DNA of 64,000 nucleotides from Salpingoeca rosetta (lineage: Eukaryota; Protista; Choanoflagellata). The notes beneath the pieces are model-generated. The model did no database searches. It was not told the DNA's origin and saw only the letters and a program-made list of their open reading frames with translations. Positions 61,774-64,000 of this stretch are shown here, one piece after another; the first letter of the stretch is position 1; each line of letters opens with the position of its first letter. The translations under genes were made by a program, and so were the position numbers. The stretch spans positions 1,835,479-1,899,478 of the forward strand of contig JAWQFM010000001.1 of the NCBI GenBank assembly GCA_033442325.1, read 5' to 3'.

Positions 61774-62200
61774 ATGATGGCAGCGATTCGCGTTAGCGGT
61801 GGTGCGCGATGGCTTCGGCTGGCGTCCACTGGCGTTGCCACGACGAGAGCCACCACAGTCGGGGTCGTAGCGGGCTGGTCAAGGGGCGCTGTGGGTACAG
61901 GGCAGAGGTGGGCTGTGCCGGCGTCGCTGGCGGCGTGTGCGCGCATCGCAGACCACGGCATGATGGCTCGCTTCTTGCGCACGTCCACAGCTGCCTTGTC
62001 ACGTGGGATGGTTGTTGATAACGACGGAACAAAGCTTGGAGAGATGAGTGTTGAAGAAGCAAGAAAGCTTGCTCACCAGCGGAACCTGGAGTTGCGGCTC
62101 GTTCACAAGGCACCCCGCCACTCAAATAAGCCAGCCTTGGATGTATACCGCCTCGTTGACGCCAACCGTGAACGCAAGAAGCAAGAACAGGTGTATGTGT

Positions 62201-62257
<57 letters not shown>

Positions 62258-63127
62258 CTCGTTTCTGTACATGTGTGTGTGTGTGTGTACGAACACATGC
62301 AAGCGTGCACATTTAGCAGCTGTGGTCGCTGGTCACTGCTATCCCCACATCCTTGTCATCTCTCTGCCCTCACACCTGCTTTGGCATTTGACATTTGGTA
62401 GCGTGAGAGGCAGCAGGCAAGGCAGCGACGCGAACGTGCGCGTCAAGAAAAGGAACTGGCAAAGCTGACCAAAGAGGTCCAACTCTCTGGTAAGAAGCCC
62501 ACCGGGCTGTGCCCGCCATCACGGCATGCTCTTCCCTTCCCCTCATTGCGCACCCACCCACCCACACACGAACACTTACGCATGCACACACATTCGCGCG
62601 TGTTCGTGGCGCCGTGGTTCACGCTTCGTCCGTGCACTGGACCGCGCGCACCCTGCTTGGTTTCATTCGCTCATGTTCCTGCACGGGCGCTCGTGCTGTG
62701 CTTGTAACCCAACAGCATGGTGTGGTGAACACGACCTGCAGGTCAAAGTGAAGCAAGCACACAAGTTCCTGAGTAAGGGGTTGCGAGTGCGTATCGTCAT
62801 CAAGCATCGGCGTGGCCAGAAACTCGACAGAGACGTACGCTGCACTGTCATGTCTCACTGCTGCTGAGCGTGTTTGCCTTGCTGTACGTGTTGGAAAGAT
62901 CATGTGAACCTCATCCCGCGTGCACTGCGAAACCGTGTCTCCTCCACTTACACCTCACACGCTTGTGTGGATTTGCGCTGTGGTCGTGCTGCGTGTACAG
63001 CAACAACAACAAGTGATTCATCAGGTACAGGAGCAGCTGGCAGATGTGGGCATTCCCCACGATGCACGGCAGCAAGGTCGGTCGTGGCGCTGAGCGGCAG
63101 ACTGTGTCCTTCATGCGACACAAGGCG

Positions 63128-63166
<39 letters not shown>

Positions 63167-63511
63167 CACACAGACACACACACACACAGGCACACAGACA
63201 AACACACCACACACACACGCACAGGCACGCGCACACACACGCACACATACACACACACGCACAGGCACGCACAGGTACACACAGACAAACAGACACACAC
63301 ACACACACGCACAGGCACGCACACACACACACACATACACACCCACGCACACACATACACTCACACCTCCCTCCCCCGCTCATCACTGCCTGGCCATTCC
63401 TTTTGCTCAACCACCGCAGGCGCTTTCATGGTATCCATGATTGACCCTCGCCCTCCCTCCGATGACGACGACGGCGAAGTTGATGATAGGGGAAGCGGCA
63501 GCTCGCAATGA
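61774..63511 (+). CDS. MTIF3: Mitochondrial translation initiation factor IF-3 (about 5 exons)
   Basis: Arg/Ala-rich transit-peptide-like N-terminus; IF3-N segment [37 protein letters not shown]; IF3-C segment TKEVQLS|[34 protein letters not shown]. Stop at 63509-63511. Confidence 0.85.
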
Positions 63512-63698
63512 CATTCACGCGTGTTGTTCTGTGTTGTGGTGTGTGTGTGATATCTTCGAGTCGTGTTCAAGTTACATTCCATTAAAGATATGTGTGCCCA
63601 ATGTGTCACGTTTATGTACAGCCCAGCTGTTCACCGTGGACGAGCAAAGCAATGGATGGCTGGTGAAGTACAACACACACACACACACACACACAAAT

Positions 63699-64000
63699 TC
63701 ATGGATGCTCCTCTCTTGGTAGCGGCCCTGTTGCGACCGTGGCCTTGTTTATGCTCCATCGTGAGCACACACCAGCATTGCGCACACGCTGCCTGGCCTG
63801 AGCGGTTGGCATTGCTTCACACCAACATTCCATTCCAAAAACATTGCGTCCGTCTCCTGCAACCACGCACATGCGTGTCAGAGACAAGGTGTAAGCAAGC
63901 CAACACGAGCCAGGGATGCTCAACACACACACACAGACTCCAGCGTGGACTTGAGGCACGGGATTTGACGCATGCACACACCTTGCAGGCGCCGCCCACG
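63699..64000 (-). CDS. Possible 3' exons of a gene continuing beyond the window
   Basis: A donor AAG|gtgtgt near 63981 and a possible last exon cag|ARQRVRNAGVCSRWSINK..EEHP*. No recognisable family. Confidence 0.25.
   Translation of the reverse strand, partial: WAAPARCVHASNPVPQVHAGVCVCVLSIPGSCWLAYTLSLTRMCVVAGDGRNVFGMECWCEAMPTAQARQRVRNAGVCSRWSINKATVATGPLPREEHP

Overview
Eukaryotic, intron-rich, GC-rich DNA with introns full of (CA/GT)n and (GA)n microsatellites and one 100-N gap. Gene content and style suggest a choanoflagellate, probably Salpingoeca rosetta (inference). Most ORF-track entries are microsatellite read-through or antisense shadows. I rebuilt about ten spliced genes by hand from GT-AG junctions and protein motifs: an SH2 plus PTB-like adaptor (-), a membrane-tethered stanniocalcin-like protein (+), UGDH (+), RPS25 (-), LSm5 (+), a giant secreted protein of about 10,259 aa (-), RAD51C (+), a LysMD3/4-like protein (-), a degenerate-kinesin/CCDC78 fusion (-) and mitochondrial IF-3 (+). 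Three loci stand out. (1) The giant gene has a 27.3-kb terminal exon and encodes a signal peptide, 12 Ig-like modules, about 60 bacterial S-layer/adhesin-type Ig repeats with nested inserts, 3 IPT/TIG domains and a Calx-beta domain. (2) The stanniocalcin-like domain sits on a type I membrane stalk behind a furin site. (3) The kinesin head looks catalytically dead and is fused to the centriole protein CCDC78. All family assignments come from motif recognition and recalled sequences; no searches were run.
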